A stretch of 54,872 nt of DNA from an uncultured Gammaproteobacteria bacterium (lineage in GTDB: Bacteria; Pseudomonadota; Gammaproteobacteria; CAYTUN01). Shown here one piece after another: positions 28,790 to 38,807 of the stretch (position 1 is the stretch's first letter; the number at the start of each line of letters is the position of its first letter). The notes beneath the pieces were generated by a model. It had not been told where the DNA came from, did not search any database, and saw nothing but the letters and a program-made list of their open reading frames with translations. The stretch spans positions 1-54,872 of the forward strand of contig CAYTUN010000003.1 in the NCBI GenBank assembly GCA_964441315.1, read 5' to 3'. The position numbers and the translations under genes were made by a program.

Positions 28790-29929
28790 TCATGTTCGCA
28801 AAAATGCTCCCAACCCCACACATTCTATATTTCTAGTCAAACGTATGCCTAGCTCACCCGGATAAATAATCGTTAATTTTGCCAATTTTAAATTTTCGAT
28901 TACCTGCTCCATCGAGCGCGTCAAAGTTGGCGCTTTGGAATACTTAAATTCAAAACCGATTTTTTCCGTGCCACGCACAATCAAAAGATCCAATTCGGCT
29001 TGTCCGTGTATTGCCCAAAAATAACAATCTTCTGGATCAGCTTGAAGATGACGAATAACCGATTCCATTGCATAGCCTTCCCATGAAGCGCCTAATTTTG
29101 GATACATTAATAGATGCTTGTAATCGGGAATATCTAATAAAGCATGAAAAATTCCCGAATCTCTAAAAAAAACCTTTTTCGATTTTACCTGACGCTTACT
29201 GATATTTTCATACCAGGGATTAAGCTGACGCATCATGAAAGTACCCGTTAAAATATCTAAATATTTTTGAATCGTGTGATGCGATAAATCCAGAGAATTA
29301 CCGATTTCAGACGCACTAAATAATTGCCCATGGTAGTGAGCAAGCATCATCCAAAAACGCCGTAATTGCGCCGCTGGAATTTTTATACCTAAATTAGGAA
29401 TGTCCTGCTCCAGAAAAGTCCTGACATAATCCCTTCGCCACTGCATGCTCGCCTGATTACTACTGGCTAAATAAGATAATGGAAAGCCGCCGCGAAGCCA
29501 TAGCCGGTTGAGATCATCCACTTCGCCATAAGAAAAAGGCGTTAATTCCATGTAATGAATCCTGCCTGCTAAAGTCTCAGAGCTCTGTTTAATTAAATCA
29601 CGAGAAGCGCTGCCTAGAATTAAAAAGCGGGCTTTTGAATTTTCTCGATCGACTAGTACCCGTAAAATGGGAAATAAGTTCGGCAAGCGTTGAATTTCAT
29701 CAATTACTATCAGGTTTTCCAGATTTTCCAGACCTAAGATCGGATCAGATAGTCTTGATAAATCAGTGGGATTTTCAAGGTCAAAATAATTTTGTATCTG
29801 ACCCTGCTCTTGTTTAAAATACTGCCGCGCCAGCGTGGTCTTACCGCATTGCCTGGGGCCTAATAGAGCAACCACCTTGCTGATTTCAAAGGCAGCCTTA
29901 ATTTTTCCAAGGTAGGTTGATCTTTCCAC
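28790..29929 (-). CDS. AAA_14-type ATPase with DUF4143 domain
   Basis: LLGPRQCGKTT, IDEIQR, LGSAS, SETLAGR, RGGFP, GASWEG, ELDLL..GFEFK. Confidence 0.9.
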   Translation of the reverse strand: MERSTYLGKIKAAFEISKVVALLGPRQCGKTTLARQYFKQEQGQIQNYFDLENPTDLSRLSDPILGLENLENLIVIDEIQRLPNLFPILRVLVDRENSKARFLILGSASRDLIKQSSETLAGRIHYMELTPFSYGEVDDLNRLWLRGGFPLSYLASSNQASMQWRRDYVRTFLEQDIPNLGIKIPAAQLRRFWMMLAHYHGQLFSASEIGNSLDLSHHTIQKYLDILTGTFMMRQLNPWYENISKRQVKSKKVFFRDSGIFHALLDIPDYKHLLMYPKLGASWEGYAMESVIRHLQADPEDCYFWAIHGQAELDLLIVRGTEKIGFEFKYSKAPTLTRSMEQVIENLKLAKLTIIYPGELGIRLTRNIECVGLGAFLRT

Positions 29930-29938
29930 AACAGTAGT

Positions 29939-29975
29939 CCATGAAAATTGGAACTCTAGATTCCAATTTTCATGG
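29939..29975. promoter_or_regulatory. Perfect 15-bp inverted repeat just upstream of the DUF4143 ATPase start
   Basis: CCATGAAAATTGGAA-CTCTAGA-TTCCAATTTTCATGG. Confidence 0.6.
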
Positions 29976-30018
29976 CCACAGCACTATGCTGTCAAGAGAG
30001 TTTTGTGAAAGTAAGCTT

Positions 30019-30178
30019 GGGCCTGTTTACAATTGCTATTTCGTGACGAAAAAAGCAAGGGTTGAGTCAAAATCGTATTAAATTTGAGGCGGCATAGTCA
30101 TTCTATGCAACGAAAATTTGATGCGATTTTGGCCAATCCTTGCTTTTTGCAGTAGAAAGAGCAATTGTAAACAGGCCC
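30019..30178. mobile_element. Family E MITE-like element, long copy
   Basis: GGGCCTGTTTACAATTGCT...AGCAATTGTAAACAGGCCC terminal inverted repeats, imperfect internal palindrome. Confidence 0.82.
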
Positions 30179-30204
30179 TTGTAAAACCCGGCGGGATAAA
30201 CGAC

Positions 30205-30999
30205 ATGAGCCCTGAATTACGTTATGTAGCCAAAGTACCCGATGCCAATGGCATGATTGCTTACACCGCGGAAGAAAATGAAGTTTGGCAAATTTTATAC
30301 CATCGCCAGCTTGCTTTAATTAAAAATCGCGCTTGTAGCGCTTATTTTGAAGGCGTTGAGAAATTAGGTTTGAATATTGATCACGTGCCACAATGCGCTG
30401 AAATTTCCAAATCCTTAAAAAAATATACCGGTTGGTCAGTAGCACCCGTAGCAGCTTTAATTTCATTTAAAGAATTTTTTGATTTATTGGCTGCCAAAAC
30501 ATTTCCTGCTGCCAGTTTTATTCGGCGGAAAGAAGACCTGGATTATTTGCCTGAACCCGATATTTTTCACGAGATTTTTGGACATTGTCCTTTATTAGTC
30601 AATCCTGCATTCGCGGCATTTAGCGAAACTGTCGGCAAATTTGGTCAAACTTTGGCAGCAGAAGACCGAAAAATGTTGGCTAAATTATATTGGTTTACGG
30701 TGGAATTCGGTTTAATGAATACAAAAGAAGGTTTACGGATTTATGGCGCTGGCATTCTTTCCTCGAAAGAAGAAAGTGCTTATTCGCTGGAAAGTCCGAT
30801 TCCGCAACGAAAGCCGTTTGATTTAATTGAAATTTTGCGCACGCCTTATCGGTATGATGAATTGCAAAAAATTTATTTTGTCATTGATAGTTTTGAAACT
30901 TTATTTGATTTAGTCAATCGCAATTTATTGGAAGCCTTTCAACAGGCAAAAGCTTTAGGTACACTGCCTGAAATTATTGATGATTATCGGAGTTGTTAA
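30205..30999 (+). CDS. phhA: Phenylalanine 4-monooxygenase
   Basis: YLPEPDIFHEIFGHCP, LYWFTVEFGL, IYGAGILSS; ATG at 30205 (the upstream extension is MITE sequence). Confidence 0.96.
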   Translation: MSPELRYVAKVPDANGMIAYTAEENEVWQILYHRQLALIKNRACSAYFEGVEKLGLNIDHVPQCAEISKSLKKYTGWSVAPVAALISFKEFFDLLAAKTFPAASFIRRKEDLDYLPEPDIFHEIFGHCPLLVNPAFAAFSETVGKFGQTLAAEDRKMLAKLYWFTVEFGLMNTKEGLRIYGAGILSSKEESAYSLESPIPQRKPFDLIEILRTPYRYDELQKIYFVIDSFETLFDLVNRNLLEAFQQAKALGTLPEIIDDYRSC

Positions 31000-31000
31000 T

Positions 31001-31336
31001 ATGAACGTGGTCGATTTAGCACAAAAAAAATGTCAAGCTTGCAGTGGTTTTTCTGAAGCGCTGGATAAAGCCTCGGCTGAAAAATTATTGGTAGAAATTC
31101 CGGGTTGGACCACTGATGGCAAATGGATCCGGCGCGAATTTCAATTTAAAAACTTTAGCCAGGTGATGTTTTTTGTCAATGCCGTCGCTTTTATTGCTTA
31201 CCAGGAAGGCCATCATCCCGACGTAGAGTTTGGCTACAATTACGTGAACTTGCGTTATACCACGCACGAATTAAAAGGCTTAAGCGAAAATGATTTTATT
31301 TGTGCCGCCAAAGTGAATCAATTAATCAGCAATTAA
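31001..31336 (+). CDS. phhB: Pterin-4-alpha-carbinolamine dehydratase
   Basis: FKNF, EGHHPD, THELKGLSENDFICAAK; follows phhA. Confidence 0.95.
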   Translation: MNVVDLAQKKCQACSGFSEALDKASAEKLLVEIPGWTTDGKWIRREFQFKNFSQVMFFVNAVAFIAYQEGHHPDVEFGYNYVNLRYTTHELKGLSENDFICAAKVNQLISN

Positions 31337-31341
31337 TAAAA

Positions 31342-31944
31342 ATGCAAACAAAAAACGGTAAAAGCATTTCGCAAGTCCTAATGGATCTTGCATCAAATGA
31401 CACAGCAATAAAAAATTTCACTTACCATGATTTATTGGAAAAGCTCGGATTTCGTGCTTTTGGCATCGCCTTGATTCTATTTGCATTGCCTAGCGCTTTG
31501 CCGTTTTCAATTATCCCTGGCATTTCAACGCTTTTCAGTTTGCCACTGGCTGTTTTTGCACTGCAAATGATCATTGGCAATGAATCACTTTGGTTGCCAA
31601 AAATATTAGCTAACAAAGAAATTCAAGTAGAAAAGCTGAATAAGGTGATAATAAAAACACTGCCTTATATTCAGAAACTAGAAAAATTACTCAAGCCACG
31701 CATCAGCTGGCTCAGCTCAAGCTGGATGAACCGCATTAATGGCTTATTTATTTTTTGCCTGGCTTTATTATTAATGCTGCCCATTCCGCTGAGTAATTTT
31801 ATTTTTTCGGGTTTGATTATTTTATTTGGGCTGGGTATTAGTGAAAAAGATGGTTTGATGATTGCACTGGCTTATTTGGGAAGTTTTATTTATGTTAGCT
31901 CGATTGCGGTAATTATTTTCGCATTTGTTATCAAGCTAATATAA
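31342..31944 (+). CDS. ExoD family membrane protein
   Basis: LGFRAFG, LFALP..IPG, QMIIG..LWLP, LEKLLKPR, LPIPLSN, EKDG. Confidence 0.88.
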   Translation: MQTKNGKSISQVLMDLASNDTAIKNFTYHDLLEKLGFRAFGIALILFALPSALPFSIIPGISTLFSLPLAVFALQMIIGNESLWLPKILANKEIQVEKLNKVIIKTLPYIQKLEKLLKPRISWLSSSWMNRINGLFIFCLALLLMLPIPLSNFIFSGLIILFGLGISEKDGLMIALAYLGSFIYVSSIAVIIFAFVIKLI

Positions 31945-31951
31945 GGCCTGT

Positions 31952-33052
31952 TTATTTTTTACCAACATACGCTATGCGGTAAACCGCGCCAGCAAAATCA
32001 TCAGAAACTAAAATAGAACCATCTGGCAATTGCAAAATATCTACCGGCCGTCCCCAGTAGTTTTCACCTTGCAACCAACCTTGCGCAAAAATTTTGTACG
32101 CCACGGGTTTATGATTTTTCATCACAATTTTGCTAATGCGATAACCAATTTTTTTGCTGCGGTTCCAGGAGCCATGCTCTGCAACCAAAATATTATTTTT
32201 ATATTCTGCGGGAAATTGATCGCCTTTATAAAAAGTCATGCCAAGCGGTGCGACATGCGCGGGAAAATTCCAGGCGGAAGGGACAAAATCTTTAACCGAT
32301 AATTTTTCTTGATAATCCGGATCAGGAACATTTTTGCCATAAAAATAAGGGAAACCAAAATTTAATCCCGCTTGCGCTGCCTGATTTAATTCATCCGGTG
32401 GTATTTCATCGCCCAAACGATCGCGGCCATTTTCAGTAAACCATAAAATGCCGGTTTCTGGTTGCCAATCAAAGCCCATCGTATTTCTTACGCCACGCGC
32501 ATAAATTTGTAAATCTGTGCCGTCGGGTTTCATTTTCAAAATCGTGCCAAATCGCGGCTCATCAGAAATACAAGTATTGCAAGGCGCGCCACTGCCCATA
32601 TATAACCAGCCATCTGGCGAAAACTTGATATAACGATGACCATGATGTGGGTAATTAAAAAAATCATCGCGGATAACCTGGGAAATTTTCGGATTAATTA
32701 AATTTTTTTCAATCGCATCATAGCGCGTGATCCGATGAATTTCCGCTACATATAAATTACCTTGATAAATTGCTACACCATTAGGCGCATTCAGCCCCTT
32801 CATCAAAGTAATTACGTCATCCGCTTGTTGAAATTTCTTACCGCGATTGGTCAATGCATAAACTTTATCGCCACCGCGCGTACCGACAAAAACGGTGCCA
32901 TTGTCACCCAAGGCCATTTCCCTGGCATTCGGCACTAATGCATAAAGACTGATCTGAAATCCTGGCGGTAACTTTATAGCGTCTAGTGGAATATTGGCTA
33001 GGATGGATAAATTAAATAATATTAAAATTAAAAATAAAATTGTTTTTTTCAT
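31952..33052 (-). CDS. PQQ-dependent sugar/sorbosone dehydrogenase family beta-propeller protein
   Basis: Signal peptide, LPPGF, GAPCN, GVRNTMG, HVAPLG, HGSWNRS, GRPVD, VSDD. Confidence 0.9.
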   Translation of the reverse strand: MKKTILFLILILFNLSILANIPLDAIKLPPGFQISLYALVPNAREMALGDNGTVFVGTRGGDKVYALTNRGKKFQQADDVITLMKGLNAPNGVAIYQGNLYVAEIHRITRYDAIEKNLINPKISQVIRDDFFNYPHHGHRYIKFSPDGWLYMGSGAPCNTCISDEPRFGTILKMKPDGTDLQIYARGVRNTMGFDWQPETGILWFTENGRDRLGDEIPPDELNQAAQAGLNFGFPYFYGKNVPDPDYQEKLSVKDFVPSAWNFPAHVAPLGMTFYKGDQFPAEYKNNILVAEHGSWNRSKKIGYRISKIVMKNHKPVAYKIFAQGWLQGENYWGRPVDILQLPDGSILVSDDFAGAVYRIAYVGKK

Positions 33053-33189
33053 ATTGTTAATAATTTTGTTGTTAAACCAGTGGTTCTTTGCAACATTGTT
33101 TCTATACTAAAAAAATTGATTATAAACAGGTTTTAACACTTAGCTCACTATTTTTTTCCTTCAGGTTTATGCTTTATAAAATGCTTTTT

Positions 33190-33681
33190 CTATCCCTCAC
33201 CTTCAAAATAATCTACGTTATCATCCTTGCGATAATAGGCTTTGATCGCATAAGAAGTTTTACTATTTTTTTTTGTGTCAAGCGCAGAAAATCCGACCTT
33301 CTTTGAATCAGGATATTCGACTATTTCTGGATAATTCATAGTGGAAAAACAGAGAAACACCAATTTTTTTTTAGAAGTATTAATAATCTGATGCGCAAAT
33401 TCCGGCCCTGAAGGGAAAGCAATATAATCGCCTGATTTGATTTTTTGAAGACCTTTATGGGTACGCAAACTACCGTTTCCTTCGAGCACAAACACGGCTT
33501 CCTCATTTGCATGATGAAAATGAAAAGGAAAAGCTTTTTTTCCTGGCATCAATTGATAAAGTGTAGCACCAATTTTTTCGCCGCCAGCAGCAATACGCAA
33601 ACGTTTTTCCTGATAACAAAAATCGTTATGTTTATAACTTTGCCAAGCTATGTCATTCACATTGACTAAATGCTTTTTCAT
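33190..33681 (-). CDS. Cupin domain protein
   Basis: PFHFHHANEEAVFVLEG..GD.IAFP..AHQI..VEYPDS. Confidence 0.9.
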   Translation of the reverse strand: MKKHLVNVNDIAWQSYKHNDFCYQEKRLRIAAGGEKIGATLYQLMPGKKAFPFHFHHANEEAVFVLEGNGSLRTHKGLQKIKSGDYIAFPSGPEFAHQIINTSKKKLVFLCFSTMNYPEIVEYPDSKKVGFSALDTKKNSKTSYAIKAYYRKDDNVDYFEGEG

Positions 33682-33713
33682 TATTTTCTCAATTTTTTAG
33701 AATTCGCTATTTT

Positions 33714-33879
33714 GTGATTGCGAGCGAAGCGCGTCAATCCCCTGGTCTTGTCATTGCGAGCGTTAGCGCGGCAATCTCCTGATTGTAATTCTGCACTAGA
33801 TAATTTAGTGCTAATTAATTTAGTGCTAATTTACCGTCAGGAGATTGCCGCGCTTCGCTCGCAATGACAAGACAATGAC
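33714..33879. repeat. Family B REP cluster (one degenerate arm plus an inverted pair)
   Basis: GTCTTGTCATTGCGAGCG..GCAATCTCCTG at 33745 and CAGGAGATTGCCGCG..CGCTCGCAATGACAAGAC ending 33873. Confidence 0.88.
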
Positions 33880-33926
33880 AAATAGAACAACTTGACGCTC
33901 CTAGACTGATTCCCTATCCTTCGCGC

Positions 33927-35303
33927 ATGTACGATATCAACTCCTCTTTCATCACCGACCAATACGAATTCGTCATGAGCCAGGCCTACTGGAGCTCTGG
34001 CATGGCAGACACGCGGGCGGCATTTTATTTAACGTTTCGCAAACACCCATTTAATAGCAATTACACCGTCGCCTGTGGCTTGCATGAAATTATTGATTAT
34101 TTAAGTCAATGGCAATTCAATGTAAAGCAATTAGATTATTTGGCGCAACAAAAAACTCGTGGTGGCGAAAATTTATTTAGTGCGGATTTTTTAAATTATT
34201 TAAGCGAATTGCGTTTTACCGGCGACTTGCATGCAGTCACTGAAGGCAATCTCATTTTTCCGCAAGCGCCAGTTTTAACAATTGAAGCACCAATTATCGA
34301 AGCGCAATTATTAGAAACTGCTTTAATTAATATGATAAATTTTCCCACCCTCGTTGCCACAAAAGCCGCCCGTTGCCGTATCGCGGCGGGTGAGCAAAAT
34401 GAAATTATTGATTTTGGCTTACGTCGCGCCCATACAGCTTATGCTGGATTAATCGCAGCGCGTGCGGCTTTTATCGGTGGTTGCGCTGGCACTTCTAATG
34501 TACAAGCTGGCTATGAATATAAAATTCCATTGCGTGGCACTCAGGCACACAGTTGGATCATGGCATTTGAAAATGAATTAACTGCATTTGAAAAATTCAC
34601 GCAAGCTTTACCTAGTCACGCGATTTTATTAGTCGATACTTATAACACGCTCGATGGCATAAAAAATGCGATAAAAATCGCGCGTCAATTGGCGGAAATA
34701 AATCAGCCGCTTTGGTCGATACGAATTGATTCCGGTGATTTATTAGAATTAAGCCGGCAAGCGCGTAAATTATTAAATGAAGCGGGATTATTTGATACAA
34801 AAATATTAGCGAGCGGTGATTTAGATGAATATCGCATTGAAGCCTTGAAAAAACAAAATGCGCCGATTGATATTTGGGGCGTCGGCACGCGTTTAGTGAC
34901 TTCTTATGATCAACCCAGTTTGAATATTGTTTATAAATTATCAGCAATTCAAGATCAAAATAAAGCGTGGCAATATCGCATGAAATTATCCGCTCAACCC
35001 GACAAAATGACCTTGCCTGGAATGTTATCAGTTGAACGAAAATTGGCTGCTGATGGCAGCATGCAAGCTGATACAATTTGTTTACAAGATGAAATGACTG
35101 CAAACAAGAACTCTTTGCTGCAACCGATTTTTAAATCGGGGAAATTAATTTATCAAAAACCTGAACTCCTAGCTGTACAAGAAAATTGCCAGAAAGCCGT
35201 AAAAAGTTATTTGAAAAATTGGCAAGATAAAAATTATCCTGTCGCTATTTCTGAAGCTTTGCATCAACTACAAACCCAAACTATTCATCAAATCACATGT
35301 TAA
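33927..35303 (+). CDS. pncB: Nicotinate phosphoribosyltransferase
   Basis: TDQYEFVM, DFGLRRAH, GTSNV, GTQAHSW, LLVDTY, IRIDSGD, SGDLDE, GVGT. Confidence 0.95.
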   Translation: MYDINSSFITDQYEFVMSQAYWSSGMADTRAAFYLTFRKHPFNSNYTVACGLHEIIDYLSQWQFNVKQLDYLAQQKTRGGENLFSADFLNYLSELRFTGDLHAVTEGNLIFPQAPVLTIEAPIIEAQLLETALINMINFPTLVATKAARCRIAAGEQNEIIDFGLRRAHTAYAGLIAARAAFIGGCAGTSNVQAGYEYKIPLRGTQAHSWIMAFENELTAFEKFTQALPSHAILLVDTYNTLDGIKNAIKIARQLAEINQPLWSIRIDSGDLLELSRQARKLLNEAGLFDTKILASGDLDEYRIEALKKQNAPIDIWGVGTRLVTSYDQPSLNIVYKLSAIQDQNKAWQYRMKLSAQPDKMTLPGMLSVERKLAADGSMQADTICLQDEMTANKNSLLQPIFKSGKLIYQKPELLAVQENCQKAVKSYLKNWQDKNYPVAISEALHQLQTQTIHQITC

Positions 35304-36697
35304 TGCCGGTTTACCCTTGCTTCAAATTACATACGATAATGTCTCATGGTTTATCTTTTTTAAGATGCAAATACGAAGGTAAACCGGCATTAATAAAGCA
35401 GGTTTTTGCCTCCTTTATTCTTGTATTGTTTTCGAGCATTTCTTGTAATGTTTTTTCAATGACTGATATTATTTTTTGGCATGCGATGGCAGATGGGCTG
35501 GGTGATAGCGTCAATCAAATTGCGGCTGAATTTAATCAATCACAAAATCAGTATCGCGTTATTCCGATTTATAAAGGCGATTACAATCAAACACTGACTT
35601 CAACCGTTGCAGCATTTCGCGCTGGGCAGCAACCGGATTTAGTGCAAGTGATTGAAGTCGGCACCGCTACGATGGTCAATCCAACTGGAATTATTGTTCC
35701 GGTTTATCAGTTGATGAAAAATGCAAATATTGAATTTAATTACGATGACATTTTAGCGCCGATTCGTTTTTATTATTCTGATGCTTCAGGCAATTTATTG
35801 GCAATGCCATTTAATAGTTCATCACCGGTTTTGTTTTACAATAAAACTGCATTTAAAAAGGCCGGCATTTCATCTCCACCGACGACCTGGCCGGAAATGG
35901 CAGAGGCATCAAAAAAATTAATTAAAGTCGGTTATGCTTGTGGTTTTACTACCGGCTGGCCTTCCTGGATCCAGGTCGAAAATTTTAGCAGTTGGCATAA
36001 TGTGGCATTTGCTAGCGAAAATAATGGGTTTAAAAATTTAGATGCAAGATTATTAATTAATAATCCAGTTGTGCTTAAACATATTCAAACCTTCGCTGAC
36101 TGGCAGAAAAAATCCTGGTTTATGTATGGCGGACGTGCTGATGATGCCGTTTCATTATTTACCAGCGGTAAATGCGCGATGATTATGGAATCCTCAGGCT
36201 GGGCTGGCGATTTATTAGCATTTAAAGATTTTTCAGTTGGTATTGCAGCCCTGCCTTATTGGCCTGACGTAAAAGATGCGCCACAAAATACCAGCATTGG
36301 CGGCGCTGCTATTTGGGCGCTGTCAGGACATAAGCCTGAAGTTTATCAAGGAATTGCCGCGTTTTTTGCATTTTTAGCCAAACCAGAAATTCAATTACAA
36401 TGGATGAAAGCTTCCGGCTACTTGCCGATCACGCAAAGCGCATATCAATTAGCCAACAAAGAAAATTATTATAAAGACACGCCAGGCGCTGACGTGGCGA
36501 TTAAAGAATTACTCAATAAAAAACCCACAGAATTTTCTAAAGGCATTCGCCTGGGCAATTATGTGCGCATCCGCGAATTAATTGAGCAAGCATTAGAAGC
36601 CGCCTGGTCAGGACAAATGCCAGCAGAAAAAGCATTGCAACAAACTGTCGAGCAAGGCAATTTACTGCTGAAGCAATTTAGAGAGAACGTGCAATGA
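35297..36697 (+). CDS. ugpB: sn-glycerol-3-phosphate ABC transporter substrate-binding protein (start uncertain)
   Basis: FWHAM, YKGDY, QVIEVGTATM, MPFNSSSPVLFYNK, ENFSSWH, SKGIRLGN. Confidence 0.92.
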   Translation: MLMPVYPCFKLHTIMSHGLSFLRCKYEGKPALIKQVFASFILVLFSSISCNVFSMTDIIFWHAMADGLGDSVNQIAAEFNQSQNQYRVIPIYKGDYNQTLTSTVAAFRAGQQPDLVQVIEVGTATMVNPTGIIVPVYQLMKNANIEFNYDDILAPIRFYYSDASGNLLAMPFNSSSPVLFYNKTAFKKAGISSPPTTWPEMAEASKKLIKVGYACGFTTGWPSWIQVENFSSWHNVAFASENNGFKNLDARLLINNPVVLKHIQTFADWQKKSWFMYGGRADDAVSLFTSGKCAMIMESSGWAGDLLAFKDFSVGIAALPYWPDVKDAPQNTSIGGAAIWALSGHKPEVYQGIAAFFAFLAKPEIQLQWMKASGYLPITQSAYQLANKENYYKDTPGADVAIKELLNKKPTEFSKGIRLGNYVRIRELIEQALEAAWSGQMPAEKALQQTVEQGNLLLKQFRENVQ

Positions 36698-37578
36698 AAC
36701 ATAAAAAATCGCTCTTTAGTAATCCTTTATTGCCTTATTTATTATTAGCACCGCAAGTCATTATCACTATTTTATTTTTTATTTTGCCGGCATTTTCAGC
36801 GCTGCAAGAATCTTTTTATCGGGGTGATGCCTTCGGCATCACAAAAGTGTTTGCAGGATTCGGCAATTTTTTCTCGACATTTAGCAATCCATTTTATTTG
36901 CAAGCGTTGAAAGTGACGGTGATTTTTAGCTTGGGTGTTTCTTTATTAGCGTTGATTTCAGCTTTATTTTTAGCTTTATTGACCAACAATGCATTACGCG
37001 GACGCAGTATTTATAAGTCACTGTTAATTTGGCCTTATGCGGTCGCTCCCGCAATTGCCGGTATTTTATGGCGTTTTTTATTCAATCCCGCCGTAGGAAC
37101 TCTCGCTTATGCCTTAGACAAAATCGGCTACCACTGGGACTACACACTAAATGGCCGCCAGGCCATGTTGTTGGTAATTATTGCTGCCGCCTGGCAGCAA
37201 TTGAGCTACAACTATGTTTTCTTTTTAGCGGGATTGCAGGCGATCCCGAATTCTTTAATTCAAGCAGCCGCCATTGATGGCGCTGGCCCATTTCGGCGTT
37301 TTTGGAGCATTATTTTTCCTTTGTTATCGCCGACCACATTTTTTTTATTGATCATGAATTTGATTTATGCATTTTTTAATACCTTTGGCGTAATTCAAAC
37401 GGTAACACAGGGTGGCCCCGCCAATGCGACCAATATTTTAGTTTACAAAGTTTATAATGACGGTTTTCTTGGTTTAGATTTGGGGGGGTCAGCAGCGCAA
37501 TCAGTGGTTCTAATGTTAATTGTGATTTTTTTAACAGTGGTGCAATTTCGGTATATTGAACGTAAGGTTCATTATTAA
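36694..37578 (+). CDS. ugpA: G3P ABC transporter permease
   Basis: LPYLLLAPQ, WPYAVAPA, AAAIDGAGP, SAAQSV, ERKVHY. Confidence 0.95.
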   Translation: MKHKKSLFSNPLLPYLLLAPQVIITILFFILPAFSALQESFYRGDAFGITKVFAGFGNFFSTFSNPFYLQALKVTVIFSLGVSLLALISALFLALLTNNALRGRSIYKSLLIWPYAVAPAIAGILWRFLFNPAVGTLAYALDKIGYHWDYTLNGRQAMLLVIIAAAWQQLSYNYVFFLAGLQAIPNSLIQAAAIDGAGPFRRFWSIIFPLLSPTTFFLLIMNLIYAFFNTFGVIQTVTQGGPANATNILVYKVYNDGFLGLDLGGSAAQSVVLMLIVIFLTVVQFRYIERKVHY

Positions 37579-37610
37579 TTCAGCGGTTCCCGCTGAAAAA
37601 AGCGGTGTTT

Positions 37611-37693
37611 GTAGGGGGATTAGCGAAGCGTAATCCACCGTTTTTACGAAGCCTTTAAAAAACGGTGGATTACGCTTCGCTAATCCCCTCTAC
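37611..37693. repeat. Family C GTAG-type REPIN
   Basis: GTAGGGGGATTAGCGAAGCGTAATCCACCG and inverted copy. Confidence 0.92.
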
Positions 37694-37727
37694 ATTAAAT
37701 AAATTGTAATTAGCGGTAATAAATAAA

Positions 37728-38576
37728 ATGGTAGAACGACACCCCCTATTAACTTTTTTAACGCATCTATTTTTAATCATCGGCGCCGCCATCGTTTGCC
37801 TGCCAATTTATATTGCGTTTGTCGCATCCACACATCCAGTAGAAGATTTATTACGGGCGCCGATTCCGATAATTCCGGGACATGATTTATTCAGCAATTA
37901 TCGCGCTGTCATGGAAAATGGATTGGCAGCCAGCGGCAGCCAACCGATCTGGCCGATGTTAAAAAACAGCTTGATTATGGCGTTATTAATTGCCATCGGA
38001 AAAATTACCATTTCATTATTATCAGCTTTTGCTTTGGTTTTTTTTCGTTTTCGCTTTCGTGCATTTTTCTTTTGGATTATTTTTTTAACGCTAATGCTGC
38101 CGGTTGAAGTGAGAATTTTACCGACCTTTGAAATTGCCGCGCGTTTTCATTTGCTCAATACATTCACCGGATTAACTTTACCTTTGATTGCTTCAGCAAC
38201 CGCTACTTTTTTATTCCGGCAATTTTATTTAACCATTCCTGATGATTTAACCAATGCCGCAAAAATTGATGGCGCCTCACCGATGCGGTTTTTTTGGGAC
38301 ATTTTATTGCCTTTATCCAAAACCAATATTGCGGCTTTATTTATTATTATGTTTATTTATGGTTGGAACCAATATTTATGGCCGCTGGTGATTACCACAA
38401 AATCGAGCATGAATACCATTGTGATGGGCATGCAGCAAGTAGCAAACGTTGCCGATCAAATACCGCAATGGAATTATGTGATGGCGATGGCGATTTTAGC
38501 GATGCTGCCGCCGGTGATTATTATTTTGTTGATGCAGAAGTTATTTGTGAAGGGGTTGATTGAGAATGAGAAATGA
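37728..38576 (+). CDS. ugpE: G3P ABC transporter permease
   Basis: TLMLPVEVRILPT, ASATATFLFRQF, YGWNQYLWP, FVKGL. Confidence 0.95.
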   Translation: MVERHPLLTFLTHLFLIIGAAIVCLPIYIAFVASTHPVEDLLRAPIPIIPGHDLFSNYRAVMENGLAASGSQPIWPMLKNSLIMALLIAIGKITISLLSAFALVFFRFRFRAFFFWIIFLTLMLPVEVRILPTFEIAARFHLLNTFTGLTLPLIASATATFLFRQFYLTIPDDLTNAAKIDGASPMRFFWDILLPLSKTNIAALFIIMFIYGWNQYLWPLVITTKSSMNTIVMGMQQVANVADQIPQWNYVMAMAILAMLPPVIIILLMQKLFVKGLIENEK

Positions 38577-38585
38577 AGAGCTTTT

Positions 38586-38775
38586 ATCACCCCTCATCCG
38601 CCCCGTTGGGGCACCTTCTCCCACAAGGGGAGAAGGGTCTCGTCAAAGTTCAATAGCTTTTCAAGCCAAAGCTTATTTCATTGCATTTAAGCTTATTTTA
38701 TTAGCAGATGTCACCGAAGTTGGCCTTCTCCCCTTGTGGGAGAAGGTGCCCCGAAGGGCGCGGATGAGGGGTGAT
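38586..38775. repeat. Family A REPIN-like element, complete
   Basis: Same arms and homologous spacer as 20170 and 47722. Confidence 0.92.
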
Positions 38776-38807
38776 AAAATCAATTTAATTCCAAAGGCAA
38801 ATCATTC

